From Desulfuromonadales bacterium (GTDB lineage Bacteria; Desulfobacterota; Desulfuromonadia; Desulfuromonadales; UBA2197): 60,670 nt of DNA. Positions within the stretch are counted from its first letter, which is position 1. Every line of letters starts with the position of its first letter. Where the stretch lies: the NCBI GenBank assembly GCA_014859605.1, contig JACUTW010000005.1:1-60670 (forward strand), read 5' to 3'. Positions 49,601 through 57,861 of this stretch are shown piece after piece. Both the position numbers and the translations under genes were made by a program. A model generated the notes under the pieces. It did not search any database and was not told the origin of the DNA. It saw only the letters and a list, made by a program, of their open reading frames with translations.

Positions 49601-50183
49601 GGCGAGCGACCAGCACTTCATCCATGCCCGCGCCAAGATCGTCCTCGCCAACCGTCTCCCGGAAGGGAAGCCGGCGATCGAGCGCCAGGAGCTCCCCCTG
49701 TATCCACATCCGCTGGCAGAGATTTACCGGCCGGAGCGCCTTTTCCACGGGGTCGATTTCCACGGCATCCGCGAGGTGATCGGCTGTGCCGCCGAAGGGA
49801 TTGCCGCCCTGTCGCGTCCCGCGCCGTTGCCCGGCGCCTGGATCGCTCAGCCGCTGCGCAACAGTTGGCTGGCTGATCCCTTGGTCCTCGATGCCAGTTT
49901 TCAGATGATGATCCTTTGGAGCTTCGAGCGTTATCAGGCCGCTTCCCTGCCGGTCTTTGCCGGGCGCTACCGTCAGTACAGCGAGAAGTTTCCGGAGTGT
50001 GGCGCTGAGATTAGGATTCGCGTCAGTAAGCAGAATCCCCACAAAGCGACGGCGGAGATCGATTTTGTCCATCCCCTCTCCGGCGAGCTTTTGGCGCGGC
50101 TGGAAGATTATGAATGCGTCATCGATGCCTCCTTGAATGAAACTTTTCAGCGCAATACCCTGCAGGGGGCGACGAGCGCATGA
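43689..50183 (+). CDS. pfaA: PfaA-like iterative type I PKS: KS-MAT-ACPx3-KR-DH
   Basis: KS DAACGSS, EAHGTGT, IGHTK; AT GHSYGE and AFHS; three LGIDSIKRVEI ACP motifs; KR GGARGV and DYAVANE; PKS-type DH SHVI...VLP, LFHG, LDA.FQ. Start may be the ATG of MAPIAIVG. Confidence 0.92.
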   Translation: MKKSVEKTGQASATMAPIAIVGIGCIFPQAEDKVAFWSNIRSGRDAISEVPASHWRAEDYFNPDPKAPDQVYAKMGGFLPPVDFHPMEYGILPNALEAVDTAQLLGLVAVEQALVDAGYSADKEFDREKVSVILGVTGSLELVIPLGARLGHPRWRAALKEAGVADDIAADAISRISDSYVPWQENSFPGLLGNVVAGRISKHFNFGGTNCVVDAACGSSLSALNLAALELSAGKADMVVTGGVDTFNDIFMYTCFSKTPALSPTGHARPFDANGDGTTLGEGLGVVVLKRLVDAERDNDRIYAVIRGIGTSSDGRGSAIYEPSAAGQEKALRRAYQQGDVTPETIELIEAHGTGTKVGDAVEVKALRQVFGAAERPWCSLGSVKSQIGHTKAAAGSAGLIKATLALYHKILPPTLKVQKPQDVVVGKDSPFYLDTVARPWIANPDHPRRAGVSALGFGGSNYHCLLEEYQAEKVVVDESGEVQIAAFSAVDGAGLESRLRAFPAEAAWAELRLAAHASRQQFDPQQACRLALVMEKGKSNPPAQIKSALSMLAKAGTQSSWQTPDGVYFATGGASDKLAILFPGQGAQYPGMLAGLALQFPDFFATIQAADQVFAAAVGTSGRLAEAIYPRGSFDDASRSAEVTRLQATEVAQPALGAVSLGALKVLNAFGLQADAFAGHSYGELTALCAGGYFAEEALHRLSRRRGELMAAGEGDRGTMLAVSAPLADVEKLLTDEGLDLVLANRNTPEQGVLSGATTEIAKAVKLLEVRGLRYKELTVAAAFHSPLVAAASAPFAAALASTEFQVGQAAVFANSSGQAYPASAEGARQLLATQLASPVEFVSEVESLYASGIRTFVEVGPGARLTGMVKAILAGREHQALALDSSGGQRSAIHDFARTLCQLAVLGYGIDLSRWDGDYAQERSRVAKKKGMVVPLCGANYFNPPEKRPARVPQPLPAAPAAVTAAPAAVTPVAPTPAAAPAALQDALRLTQQSMQALQSLQEQTSRLHQQFLSGQEAATRSFLTLIEQQRQMFYGGVVAPVASVAAPVLAPVDGKHENSGSYNSHSSHDSHALPVLTPPVTSTSSTDRINAVLLGIVAEKTGYPLEMLELDMALDADLGIDSIKRVEILSALHEQLPEAPAIRPEHLGTLQTLGQIVDHLLAGLVQSPVLAAVDGKHENNGNYNSQSSPDSQVATVLLAVIAEKTGYPLEMLELDMALDADLGIDSIKRVEIFAALQSELPNAPAVRPEQLGTLQTLGQIVNYLVAPTTTPAPTQLAVKSEQIDRATVAQTLLAVIADKTGYPLEMLELDMALDADLGIDSIKRVEILSALQERLPAAPAIRPEHLGTLQTVGQIVDFLASVAGAPAAPVAPAPAIAAEVSGEGVSRQVLKAVPLPASTKREALPLPSAAVVGITDDGSELTAAIAHELTLLGYTPLVLAIEQSLPPQLGGLIILTPVAGASDLFLRQAFELVQASAGTATVLLTVSRLNGYFGLLPGENLHDPLSGGLAGLCKTAGHEWPQVSCKALDLAADLPVASAAKGIVSELLLVGPGEVGISVQGLHSLKLSTAPLAESGALPPLQKGDLVVISGGARGVTAEVAIDLAVATQATLLLLGRSPVPQPEPVWLQGLNSEAEIKRALLSHAETPLKPKEVEERYQSLLGQREISKNLQRMRTAGSEVHYRSLDLRDRGAVVSAIDDLRRSHGPVKGLIHGAGVLADRLIKDKTIEQFSAVYSTKVDGLRSLLAAVAPDELKFIALFSSSTGRFGRTGQVDYAVANEVLNKMAQQEARLRPACRAVSLNWGPWDGGMVTPALKKLFAQEGVEVIALRAGSRYLLQELATPPGGATEIVILGAHAAGQVEEVEAPRENIYVSKAFDLDLSIEQFPFLKSHVIDKKAVLPLAMIVEWLGHGAIHNNPGLRFHGFNDLRVLKGVILEPGQLHNLQVMTGKAFKSGGFHVVPVELSGSSASDQHFIHARAKIVLANRLPEGKPAIERQELPLYPHPLAEIYRPERLFHGVDFHGIREVIGCAAEGIAALSRPAPLPGAWIAQPLRNSWLADPLVLDASFQMMILWSFERYQAASLPVFAGRYRQYSEKFPECGAEIRIRVSKQNPHKATAEIDFVHPLSGELLARLEDYECVIDASLNETFQRNTLQGATSA
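46855..46919. repeat. Intragenic palindromic 9-bp-period element 1 (linker before ACP1)
   Basis: ATGGGAAGC ATGAGAATT CTGGGAGTT ATAATTCCC ATAGTTCCC ATGACTCCC ATGCTCTTCCC. Confidence 0.8.
47218..47271. repeat. Intragenic palindromic 9-bp-period element 2 (ACP1-ACP2 linker)
   Basis: ATGGGAAAC ATGAGAATA ATGGGAATT ATAATTCCC AGAGTTCCC CTGATTCCC; perfect centre GGGAATTATAATTCCC at 47238-47253. Confidence 0.8.
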
Positions 50184-53100
50184 AGCATGGCAAATCGGTG
50201 GCGATCGTCGGGGTCGGCGGTATCTTCCCGGCGGCGCCGACCCTGGAGAGTTTCTGGACCAACATTACCGGTAATGTCACAGCGGCGCGTACTCCGCCAA
50301 AGGGGCGCTGGCTCCTCGAAGCGGAGGAGGTCTATGCGCCGACGCGCGGCGCAGCGGATAAGGTCTATGCACAAAAGGGCTGCTTCGTCGAGACGGCGGG
50401 CAGCGAACTCTGTTTCGATGGTCTCGATCTGCCCCCGGATTTTCTGGAGCGTTTCGATCCCCTCTTTCACCTCCTGCTGCACAGCGGACGTCAAGCTTTT
50501 CACGACGGGGTGACGACCAATCTCCAGCGCGAGCGGGTTGGAGTCATCATCGGCAATCTGGCGCTGCCGAGTGAACTCTCTTCTGCCCTGTCCCGCGACA
50601 CCCTCGGTCGCACCTTCGCCGAGCAGCTCCTCGGCGCCGAGGTTGCGCTTGAGAATCCGGAGATCGATCCGCTCAATCGTTATGTCGCCGGTTTACCGGC
50701 TGGTCTTCTCGCCCGCGCTCTTGGCCTTGGCGGCAGCTCCTACACCCTCGATGCTGCCTGCGCCTCCTCCCTTTACGCCATCAAACTGGCGGTCGACGAG
50801 CTTCTGTCCCACCGCGCCGATGCGATGTTGACCGGCGGCCTTTCCCGTCCTGATCCTCTCTACACGCAGATGGGTTTCTCCCAGCTGCACGCTCTCTCCC
50901 CGACGGGCTGCTGCTCCCCTTTTGACGCCAAAGGGGATGGTCTGGTGGTCGGCGAAGGGTGCGGCATCTTCCTCCTCAAACGGACCGAGGATGCACAGCG
51001 CGACGGCGATCATATCTACGCCGTGATCCGTGGCATCGGTCTTTCCAATGATCTCGGCGGCAGCCTCCTTGCTCCGGCTTCGGAAGGGCAGTTGCGCGCC
51101 ATGCGGGCGGCCTACGCGCAGGCGGGCTGGGCGCCGGAGGATGTCGATCTCATCGAATGTCACGCCACCGGCACTCCGGTCGGCGATGCCGTCGAGTTTG
51201 CCTCGCTGCAGGAGCTCTGGGGGGCCAGCGGCTGGCGTCGCGGCCAGTGTGTCCTCGGCTCGGTCAAGGCGAATATCGGCCATCTTCTCACTGCCGCCGG
51301 TTCTGCCGCCCTGCTTAAAACCCTCTTTGCCTTCAAGACAACGACCTTGCCGCCGACCGCCAACTTTGTCACCCCGGCCAAAGGGATCAATCTGGCGGAG
51401 AGTCCCTTTAAGCTCCTCAATACCGCCACTCCCTGGCCGGCGCGGGGCAAGGATGTGCCGCGCCGGGCGGCGATCAGCGCCTTCGGTTTCGGCGGCATCA
51501 ATGCCCATCTCCTTGTCGAGGAGTGGCTCCCCTCCCGTCCGGCCAAGAAGGGGACGGTCGCTTTTCATCCGGCTTTTCATAAACAGAATCAGCCGATTGC
51601 CATTGTCGGCATGGGGGCGCATTTCGGTCCCTGGGATTCTTTGGCCACCTTTGCGCCGCGGGTCCTCGGCAGTCGTCAACCGGTCGAAGCGACGCCGCCG
51701 GCGGTGTGGTGGGGGGCGGAGAGTAGTCAGTGGTTCGAAAAGGCCGGTCTCGGCAAGGTCGATTTTCGTGGTTACTTCCTCCCCGAAGTGGCTGCCGTCC
51801 CCGGCGAATTCCGCATCCCCCCGAAAGAGCAGGAGGAGATGCTCCCCCGCCAGTTGCTGATGCTGCAGGTCGCAGGGGCGGCATTACAGGATGCCGGGCT
51901 GCAGAATGAAGAGCTCCACTTCACCGGCGTCTTTATCGGCACCGGTTTCGATCTCAATGCCACCAACTTCAGCGTCCGCTGGTCGATGCAGCGCCAGGCG
52001 CAGCTCTGGGCGGAGCAGCTCGACCTGCAATTGACCGCGGCGGAGATGAACGACTGGGTGGCGGAGCTGCGCACGGCGGTCGGACCGCCTTTGACCGCCA
52101 ACCGGACGATGGGCGCCCTCGGCAGTATTGTCGCCAGTCGCGTCGCCAAAGAGTATCGCATCGGCGGCCCGAGCTTCACCATCTCCAGCGAAGAGAACTC
52201 CGGGCTACGTGCCCTTGAAGTCGGGATTCGCGCCCTGCAGGAGGGGCAGATCAACCGCGCCCTGGTCGGCGCTGTCGATCTTGCCGGCGATCTGCGCGCC
52301 GTCCTTGGGCAGCATGGCAGTCGTCCCTATTCAGCCACCGGGATGAGCCGTCCCTTTGACAAGGAGGCGGACGGCACGATCATCGGCGAAGGCGCGGCAG
52401 CGGTTGTCCTTAAACGTCTCGATGACGCCCAGCAGGATGGCGACCGTATCTATGCCGTCATTCGCGGCGTCGGTTCGGCCATTGGCGGGCCGGCGACACA
52501 GACGGCCCCGGATGCAAAGACCTACAATCTTGCTTTAGAGCGGACCTTTGCCGGCGTCGATTTTCAGCCGGGAAGTATCTCTTATCTGGAGACACACGGC
52601 AGTGGCTGTCCGGCTGAGGACGAGGTCGAGGTCAATGCTCTCGGCGCCTTCTTTGCCGCTTCTGCCAATGAAAATCCCTGTTATGTCGGCAGCGTCAAGA
52701 GCGACATCGGCGATGCCGGCGCCGCTGCAGGACTGGCCTCCCTGGTCAAGGCGACCCTGGCCCTGCACCGGCAGATTATCCCGCCGCTGCGCAACGTCCG
52801 GAATCCCCGTTACGAATGGATTCGCGCCCGGCGCGAGTTCATTCTCCCGCAGGCAGCCCAGTTCTGGCTGCGCAATCGCGCCGAAGGGCCGCGTCGCGCT
52901 CTGGTCAGCTCTCTCGCCGTTGACGGCAGTGCCGCCCATGTCCTCCTCGAAGGTTATGACGAGAAGCAGCGCGCGACGTTGCCGCTGGCGCTGCGTCAAC
53001 CCCTTGGCCCTCGCGCCGAAGGCCTTTTTTCTCTGGAAGGGGAGACACCGGCGGAATTGTCATCGCAGCTCCTGCGCCTGCGTGCCTTTGCTGCACCGGC

Positions 53101-56100
53101 GGATGAGGTCGGAATCGAAACTTTGGCGGCGCGCTGGTGGCGCCAGCATCCGCCGGCACCGGGTAAAAAATTAGCGGTCGCCATGGTCGCTGCGAGCATT
53201 TCCGAGTTGGAGGAAGCGATCAGCTCGGCGCTCCGCTCCCTTGAGGAGAATTCGGAGCAGTCCTTTGCCCAGAACGGCGGGCTGCGCGACCGCCTCTTCT
53301 ATAGTCCGCAACCGTTAGCGCCGGCCGGCAAGATCGCCTTTGTCTTCCCCGGTTCAGGGAACCACTTTGCCGGCATGGGGCAGGAGATTTCGGCGCAGTG
53401 GCCGGAGATCTTCCGCCGCCAGGATGAAGGGAGCCAGTTCCTGTCCCGCCAGTACCTGCCGCAAGCCTTCTGGCGCCCCGAGCTTGCACCGGCCCTGCAC
53501 CACGACCATAACGCTCTGGTCATCGGCCAGGTGGCGGTGGGGACGGCCTGCAGCGATCTGATTCGCTCCTTTGCCATCGAACCGCACGCCGTCAGTGGCT
53601 ACAGCCTCGGCGAATCTGCCGGGCTCTTCTCCCTCGGCGCCTGGAAAGATCGCGACGGCATGGCGCGGCGCCTCAAGGAATCGCCCCTCTTTACCGACGA
53701 GTTGGCAGGACGCTGCACCGCCGCCCGCCAGGTCTGGGGCTTGCCCCCGCAGGAAAGTGTCGACTGGGTGCTCGGCCTGGTCGCTGCCCCGGCAGCGGTC
53801 GTCAGCAAGGCCTTGGCCAACTACCCGCGCGTCTATCTCCTGATTATCAACACCTATGAGGAGTGTGTGATCGGCGGCGACCGCCGGCAGCTCGAAGAGC
53901 TGGTCACCACCCTCGGCTGCCACTTCTTTCCCCTGCAGGGAGTAACGACCGTGCACTGCGAAGTTGCTCAGCCGGTGGCGGAGCCTTATCGCCAGCTGCA
54001 CCTCTTCCCGACCACGCCGCCGGCAGGAATCGATTTTTACAGCAGCGCTTATGGGCAGCGTTACCCGTTGAGCGAAGAGGCGGTGGCCGATTCGATCCTG
54101 GCCCAGGCGCTGCGGACGGTCGACTATACCAAGGTGATCGAAGAGGCGTACCGCGACGGCGTCCGGATCTTTCTGGAGATGGGGCCGGGGAACTCCTGCA
54201 GCCGGATGATCGGGCGCATCCTCACGGGGCGGCCGCATCTTGCCCGGGCGGTCTGTTATCCCGGTCAGGATCCGACCTCGCTGATCCTGCGCTGCCTGGC
54301 CCAGGCGATCAGCGAGCGGGTGCCGGTGAATCTGGCGGCGCTTTATGCGGATGTCGAGGTCGCGGCAGCGCCGGAAAGGGCCAAAGGCAAAATCATGACG
54401 ACGATCGGCGGCAGTGCTTTTGCCCCGAAGTTGCCGGCGAAGAAAATGATTCCCATGACTCCCATACTTCCTATTCCTCCCATGGGAGCTATGGGAAGCA
54501 TGGGAAGTATGGGAAGTATGGGAAGTATGGGAAGTATGAAGACCGTCCCCGATCCGCTTGTTGCCGATTTGCAACAGATGCTGACTCTGCAGGCCGAGAG
54601 TCATGCCGCTTACCTCCGTTTCAGTGAGGCGATGACCGCCTCGCTCAGCGCCAACATTGCATTGCAGACCACTTTGTTGCAGCAGTTGGGTGACAACGCG
54701 ACGTTGACTGTTCCGCCGGCCGTTAAGCCGGCTTTCGATCGCGCCCTTTGTCTCGAATTTGCCGTCGGCTCCATTGCCAAAATGCTCGGGCCGGAGTTTG
54801 CCGCCATCGATAGCCATCCGACCCGGGTCCGCCTCCCCGACGAGCCGCTGATGCTCGTCGATCGGATCATGGCCGTCGAAGGGGTGGCGCGCTCGATGAC
54901 GCACGGTCGCGTCATCACCGAGCACGATGTCACCGCGGATCGCTGGTATCTTGATGGCGGCCGCATCCCCACCTGTGTTGCGGTCGAGGCCGGACAGGCC
55001 GATCTTTTCCTCTCCGCCTACCTCGGTATTGACTTCATCACCAAGGGGCGCGCGGTCTACCGCCTCCTTGATGCGGTGGTCACCTTCCATCGGCCGCTGC
55101 CGGTGCCGGGGGATGTCATCCGTTACGATATCCGCATCGATGAATTCTTCCGTCAGGATCAGACCTATCTCTTCCGTTTCAGTTTCGAGGGGACGGTCAA
55201 TGGCGAGCCGCTGCTGTCGATGCAGAAGGGTTGTGCCGGTTTCTTCACTGCCGAAGCGCTGGCGGCCGGGCAGGGGATCGTCCACACTCGTCTCGATCTG
55301 CAACCAAAACCCGGGATTCGCCCAGCGGACTGGCAGGATCTCGTGCCGCTGGCGATCGAGGCCTACAGCGACAGCCAGGTGCAGGCTTTGTACAATGGCG
55401 ATCTCGTTGGCTGTTTCGGCCCCGCCTTCGCTTCCCTTGGCTTGCAGCGTCCCTACACCCTCCCCGGCGGCAAACTCAAACTCGTCGACCGCGTTATCGA
55501 GCTCAATCCAACCGGGGGCCGTTACGGCCTCGGGCAGATCCGTGCCGAGATGGATATCGATCCGCAGGCCTGGTTTTTGACCTGCCACTTTGTCGATGAT
55601 CGGGTCATGCCCGGCACCTTAATGTACGAATGCTGCATGCATACCCTGCGTATCTATCTGCTGCGCATGGGCTGGGTCGGTGAAGAGGGGCAGACCTGGT
55701 GCGAGCCAATCCCCGGCGTTGACAGCGGCCTCAAGTGCCGGGGTCAGGTGACGGAGAGGACCAAGACCGTCACTTATCAGGTGAGTATCAAGGAGCTTGG
55801 CTACCGTCCCGAACCGTATGCGATCGTCGATGCCTTGATGTTCGCCGACGGCAAAGCGATTGTCGAGATTCCCAACATGTCGGTGCGTCTCGCCGGCCTC
55901 GACCAGAAGTTTCTTGCGGGGCTGTGGCATGATTCCCATGATTCATATGGGAGTCAGAGGAATTATGGGAATCATGGGAATCATGGGAAATCGGATGATT
56001 CGCTTGTCACCAAACCGGTTCTCTACGACTACGAGCGCATCCTCGCTTTTGCCATCGGCAAACCCTCCGAGGCCTTTGGCGCGCCTTATGAAATTTTTGA

Positions 56101-57094
56101 TCACGAGCGCAAGATCGCCCGTCTCCCTGGTCCGCCTTTCCAGTTTATCGACCGGATTACCGCCGTCAGCGGCGAAGCGTGGAAGTTGGTGGCGGGAGCG
56201 ACAGTGGAAGCGGAGTACGACGTTCCCGTGGATGCCTGGTACTTCCGCGAGTCGCGTCAGCCGCAGATGCCTTTCTCGGTCCTGCTGGAGATCGGCCTGC
56301 AGCCCTGCGGTTGGCTCGCTGCCTATCTCGGTTCAGCGCTGACCAGTCCCATCGACCTCTCCTTCCGTAATCTCGATGGCAAGGCCGTGCAGCACCGGGC
56401 GGTGACACCGCAAAGCGGGACGCTGACAGTGAATGTCAAGATCACCCGTATCTCCAGCAGCGGCGGCATGATCATCCAGGGCTACGACTTTGTTGTCAGC
56501 GACAGGGAAGGGCCGGTCTACAGTGGCGACACCGTCTTCGGCTTCTTCTCCAAGGAATCCCTGGCCCAGCAGGTCGGAGTGCGCGATGCCAAACTGTATG
56601 CGCCGACCCCGGCGGAACTCAGCCACGCCCGCTCCTTTTCTTATCCGCCAGCCGCGCCGTTCCCGGCAGAAATGCTGCGCATGGTCGATAGCATCGACCT
56701 CTTTATCCCGGATGGCGGCCCGGCCGGTCTCGGCTTTATCCGCGGCAGCAAGAAGGTCGATCCGCAGGAATGGTTCTTCAAGGCGCACTTCTTTGAGGAT
56801 CCGGTCTGTCCCGGCTCCCTCGGCCTCGAATCGTTTTTGCAGCTCCTCAAGATCGTGGCGGTCGAGCGCTGGGGCGGCGATGACACCAGTATCTTTGAAA
56901 CCGTCGCTCTCGGTGAAGAGCAGCGCTGGAATTATCGCGGCCAGATTATTCCGGCGAATGAGCTGGTGCAGATCGAGGCGGTTATCATTGCCGTCGACGA
57001 TGCCGGGCATCTCCTCAAGGCGAACGGTTTCCTTTCTGTCGATGGTCGCACCATCTATCAGCTGCACGACTTCTCCCTGCGGATGCATTTGTAA
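50180..57094 (+). CDS. Fused PfaB/PfaC-like PKS: KS-CLF-AT-(pseudo-DH/FabA-DH)x2
   Basis: KS DAACASS, ECHATGT, IGHLL; second KS lacks the catalytic Cys (ISSEENS); AT GYSLGE; FabA-like motifs WFLTCHFVDDRVMPGTLMYE and WFFKAHFFEDPVCPGSLGLE; ATGA overlap with pfaA. Confidence 0.92.
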   Translation: MKHGKSVAIVGVGGIFPAAPTLESFWTNITGNVTAARTPPKGRWLLEAEEVYAPTRGAADKVYAQKGCFVETAGSELCFDGLDLPPDFLERFDPLFHLLLHSGRQAFHDGVTTNLQRERVGVIIGNLALPSELSSALSRDTLGRTFAEQLLGAEVALENPEIDPLNRYVAGLPAGLLARALGLGGSSYTLDAACASSLYAIKLAVDELLSHRADAMLTGGLSRPDPLYTQMGFSQLHALSPTGCCSPFDAKGDGLVVGEGCGIFLLKRTEDAQRDGDHIYAVIRGIGLSNDLGGSLLAPASEGQLRAMRAAYAQAGWAPEDVDLIECHATGTPVGDAVEFASLQELWGASGWRRGQCVLGSVKANIGHLLTAAGSAALLKTLFAFKTTTLPPTANFVTPAKGINLAESPFKLLNTATPWPARGKDVPRRAAISAFGFGGINAHLLVEEWLPSRPAKKGTVAFHPAFHKQNQPIAIVGMGAHFGPWDSLATFAPRVLGSRQPVEATPPAVWWGAESSQWFEKAGLGKVDFRGYFLPEVAAVPGEFRIPPKEQEEMLPRQLLMLQVAGAALQDAGLQNEELHFTGVFIGTGFDLNATNFSVRWSMQRQAQLWAEQLDLQLTAAEMNDWVAELRTAVGPPLTANRTMGALGSIVASRVAKEYRIGGPSFTISSEENSGLRALEVGIRALQEGQINRALVGAVDLAGDLRAVLGQHGSRPYSATGMSRPFDKEADGTIIGEGAAAVVLKRLDDAQQDGDRIYAVIRGVGSAIGGPATQTAPDAKTYNLALERTFAGVDFQPGSISYLETHGSGCPAEDEVEVNALGAFFAASANENPCYVGSVKSDIGDAGAAAGLASLVKATLALHRQIIPPLRNVRNPRYEWIRARREFILPQAAQFWLRNRAEGPRRALVSSLAVDGSAAHVLLEGYDEKQRATLPLALRQPLGPRAEGLFSLEGETPAELSSQLLRLRAFAAPADEVGIETLAARWWRQHPPAPGKKLAVAMVAASISELEEAISSALRSLEENSEQSFAQNGGLRDRLFYSPQPLAPAGKIAFVFPGSGNHFAGMGQEISAQWPEIFRRQDEGSQFLSRQYLPQAFWRPELAPALHHDHNALVIGQVAVGTACSDLIRSFAIEPHAVSGYSLGESAGLFSLGAWKDRDGMARRLKESPLFTDELAGRCTAARQVWGLPPQESVDWVLGLVAAPAAVVSKALANYPRVYLLIINTYEECVIGGDRRQLEELVTTLGCHFFPLQGVTTVHCEVAQPVAEPYRQLHLFPTTPPAGIDFYSSAYGQRYPLSEEAVADSILAQALRTVDYTKVIEEAYRDGVRIFLEMGPGNSCSRMIGRILTGRPHLARAVCYPGQDPTSLILRCLAQAISERVPVNLAALYADVEVAAAPERAKGKIMTTIGGSAFAPKLPAKKMIPMTPILPIPPMGAMGSMGSMGSMGSMGSMKTVPDPLVADLQQMLTLQAESHAAYLRFSEAMTASLSANIALQTTLLQQLGDNATLTVPPAVKPAFDRALCLEFAVGSIAKMLGPEFAAIDSHPTRVRLPDEPLMLVDRIMAVEGVARSMTHGRVITEHDVTADRWYLDGGRIPTCVAVEAGQADLFLSAYLGIDFITKGRAVYRLLDAVVTFHRPLPVPGDVIRYDIRIDEFFRQDQTYLFRFSFEGTVNGEPLLSMQKGCAGFFTAEALAAGQGIVHTRLDLQPKPGIRPADWQDLVPLAIEAYSDSQVQALYNGDLVGCFGPAFASLGLQRPYTLPGGKLKLVDRVIELNPTGGRYGLGQIRAEMDIDPQAWFLTCHFVDDRVMPGTLMYECCMHTLRIYLLRMGWVGEEGQTWCEPIPGVDSGLKCRGQVTERTKTVTYQVSIKELGYRPEPYAIVDALMFADGKAIVEIPNMSVRLAGLDQKFLAGLWHDSHDSYGSQRNYGNHGNHGKSDDSLVTKPVLYDYERILAFAIGKPSEAFGAPYEIFDHERKIARLPGPPFQFIDRITAVSGEAWKLVAGATVEAEYDVPVDAWYFRESRQPQMPFSVLLEIGLQPCGWLAAYLGSALTSPIDLSFRNLDGKAVQHRAVTPQSGTLTVNVKITRISSSGGMIIQGYDFVVSDREGPVYSGDTVFGFFSKESLAQQVGVRDAKLYAPTPAELSHARSFSYPPAAPFPAEMLRMVDSIDLFIPDGGPAGLGFIRGSKKVDPQEWFFKAHFFEDPVCPGSLGLESFLQLLKIVAVERWGGDDTSIFETVALGEEQRWNYRGQIIPANELVQIEAVIIAVDDAGHLLKANGFLSVDGRTIYQLHDFSLRMHL
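54446..54538. repeat. Intragenic palindromic 9-bp-period element 3 (AT-DH linker)
   Basis: ATGATTCCC ATGACTCCC ATACTTCCT ATTCCTCCC ATGGGAGCT ATGGGAAGC (ATGGGAAGT)x4; centre CTCCCATGGGAG at 54477-54488; encodes MIPMTP...MGSMGS. Confidence 0.85.
55928..55991. repeat. Intragenic palindromic 9-bp-period element 4 (DH-DH linker)
   Basis: C ATGATTCCC ATGATTCAT ATGGGAGTC AGAGGAATT ATGGGAATC ATGGGAATC ATGGGAAAT; encodes HDSHDSYGSQRNYGNHGNHGK. Confidence 0.8.
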
Positions 57095-57096
57095 AA

Positions 57097-57861
57097 ATGA
57101 GTTGTGAGATCAGTATCGACAAATTTGAAGGGCCCCTCGATCTCCTCCTTCACCTCATCCGCAAGGAGGAGATGGATATCTATGAGATTGAAATTGCCCA
57201 GATTACCAGGCAATATCTCGATTTCATCGATGCCATGCAGAGTCTGAATCTTGATATCGCCGGCGAATATCTGGTCATGGCCGCGACCCTGCTGCAGATC
57301 AAGTCGCGGATGCTATTGCCGGTGCACGAAGAGGAGATACTGGAGGAGGAAGAGCTCGATCCCCGCGCCGAATTGATTCGCCGCCTCCTCGAATACCAGC
57401 GTTACAAGGATGCCGCTCTCACCTTTGCGGCACTGCCGCAGCTCGATCGCGATATCTTTCTGGCAACGCCGCAGGTCGCAGAAGTCGGGAATGAAGAGGG
57501 CCCGGAGCTCGAACCGGTGAGCCTATATGCCCTGGTCGAAGCTTTTCGCGACCTGCTCAAGAAGGCGCCGAAGGATTTTGTCCATGAAGTGACGGCGGAG
57601 CATCTCTCGGTGACAGAGCGGATTCAGACCATTCTCAACCTCCTGCAGCAGCGGCCGCAACTCCCCTTCAGTGAACTCGTACCGGTGCCCCTGGTCCGCT
57701 CCGAAGTCGTCGTGATGTTCCTGGCGATGCTCGAACTCGTCAAGATGAGTCTGATCAAGATCTATCAGAATCAGCGCTGTCATGAAATCTGGCTGGCGCC
57801 GGCGGTCAGCATGGACGACGAAACTGTCGCTGTCCGTGAGGAGTCCTTTGGATACGCGTGA
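57097..57861 (+). CDS. scpA: Segregation and condensation protein A
   Basis: FEGPLDLLLHLI.K.E.DIY.I.I..IT.QYL, EYLVMAATLL.IKSRMLLP, DPR.EL..RLLEY..YK, FLA.LELVK. Confidence 0.95.
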   Translation: MSCEISIDKFEGPLDLLLHLIRKEEMDIYEIEIAQITRQYLDFIDAMQSLNLDIAGEYLVMAATLLQIKSRMLLPVHEEEILEEEELDPRAELIRRLLEYQRYKDAALTFAALPQLDRDIFLATPQVAEVGNEEGPELEPVSLYALVEAFRDLLKKAPKDFVHEVTAEHLSVTERIQTILNLLQQRPQLPFSELVPVPLVRSEVVVMFLAMLELVKMSLIKIYQNQRCHEIWLAPAVSMDDETVAVREESFGYA

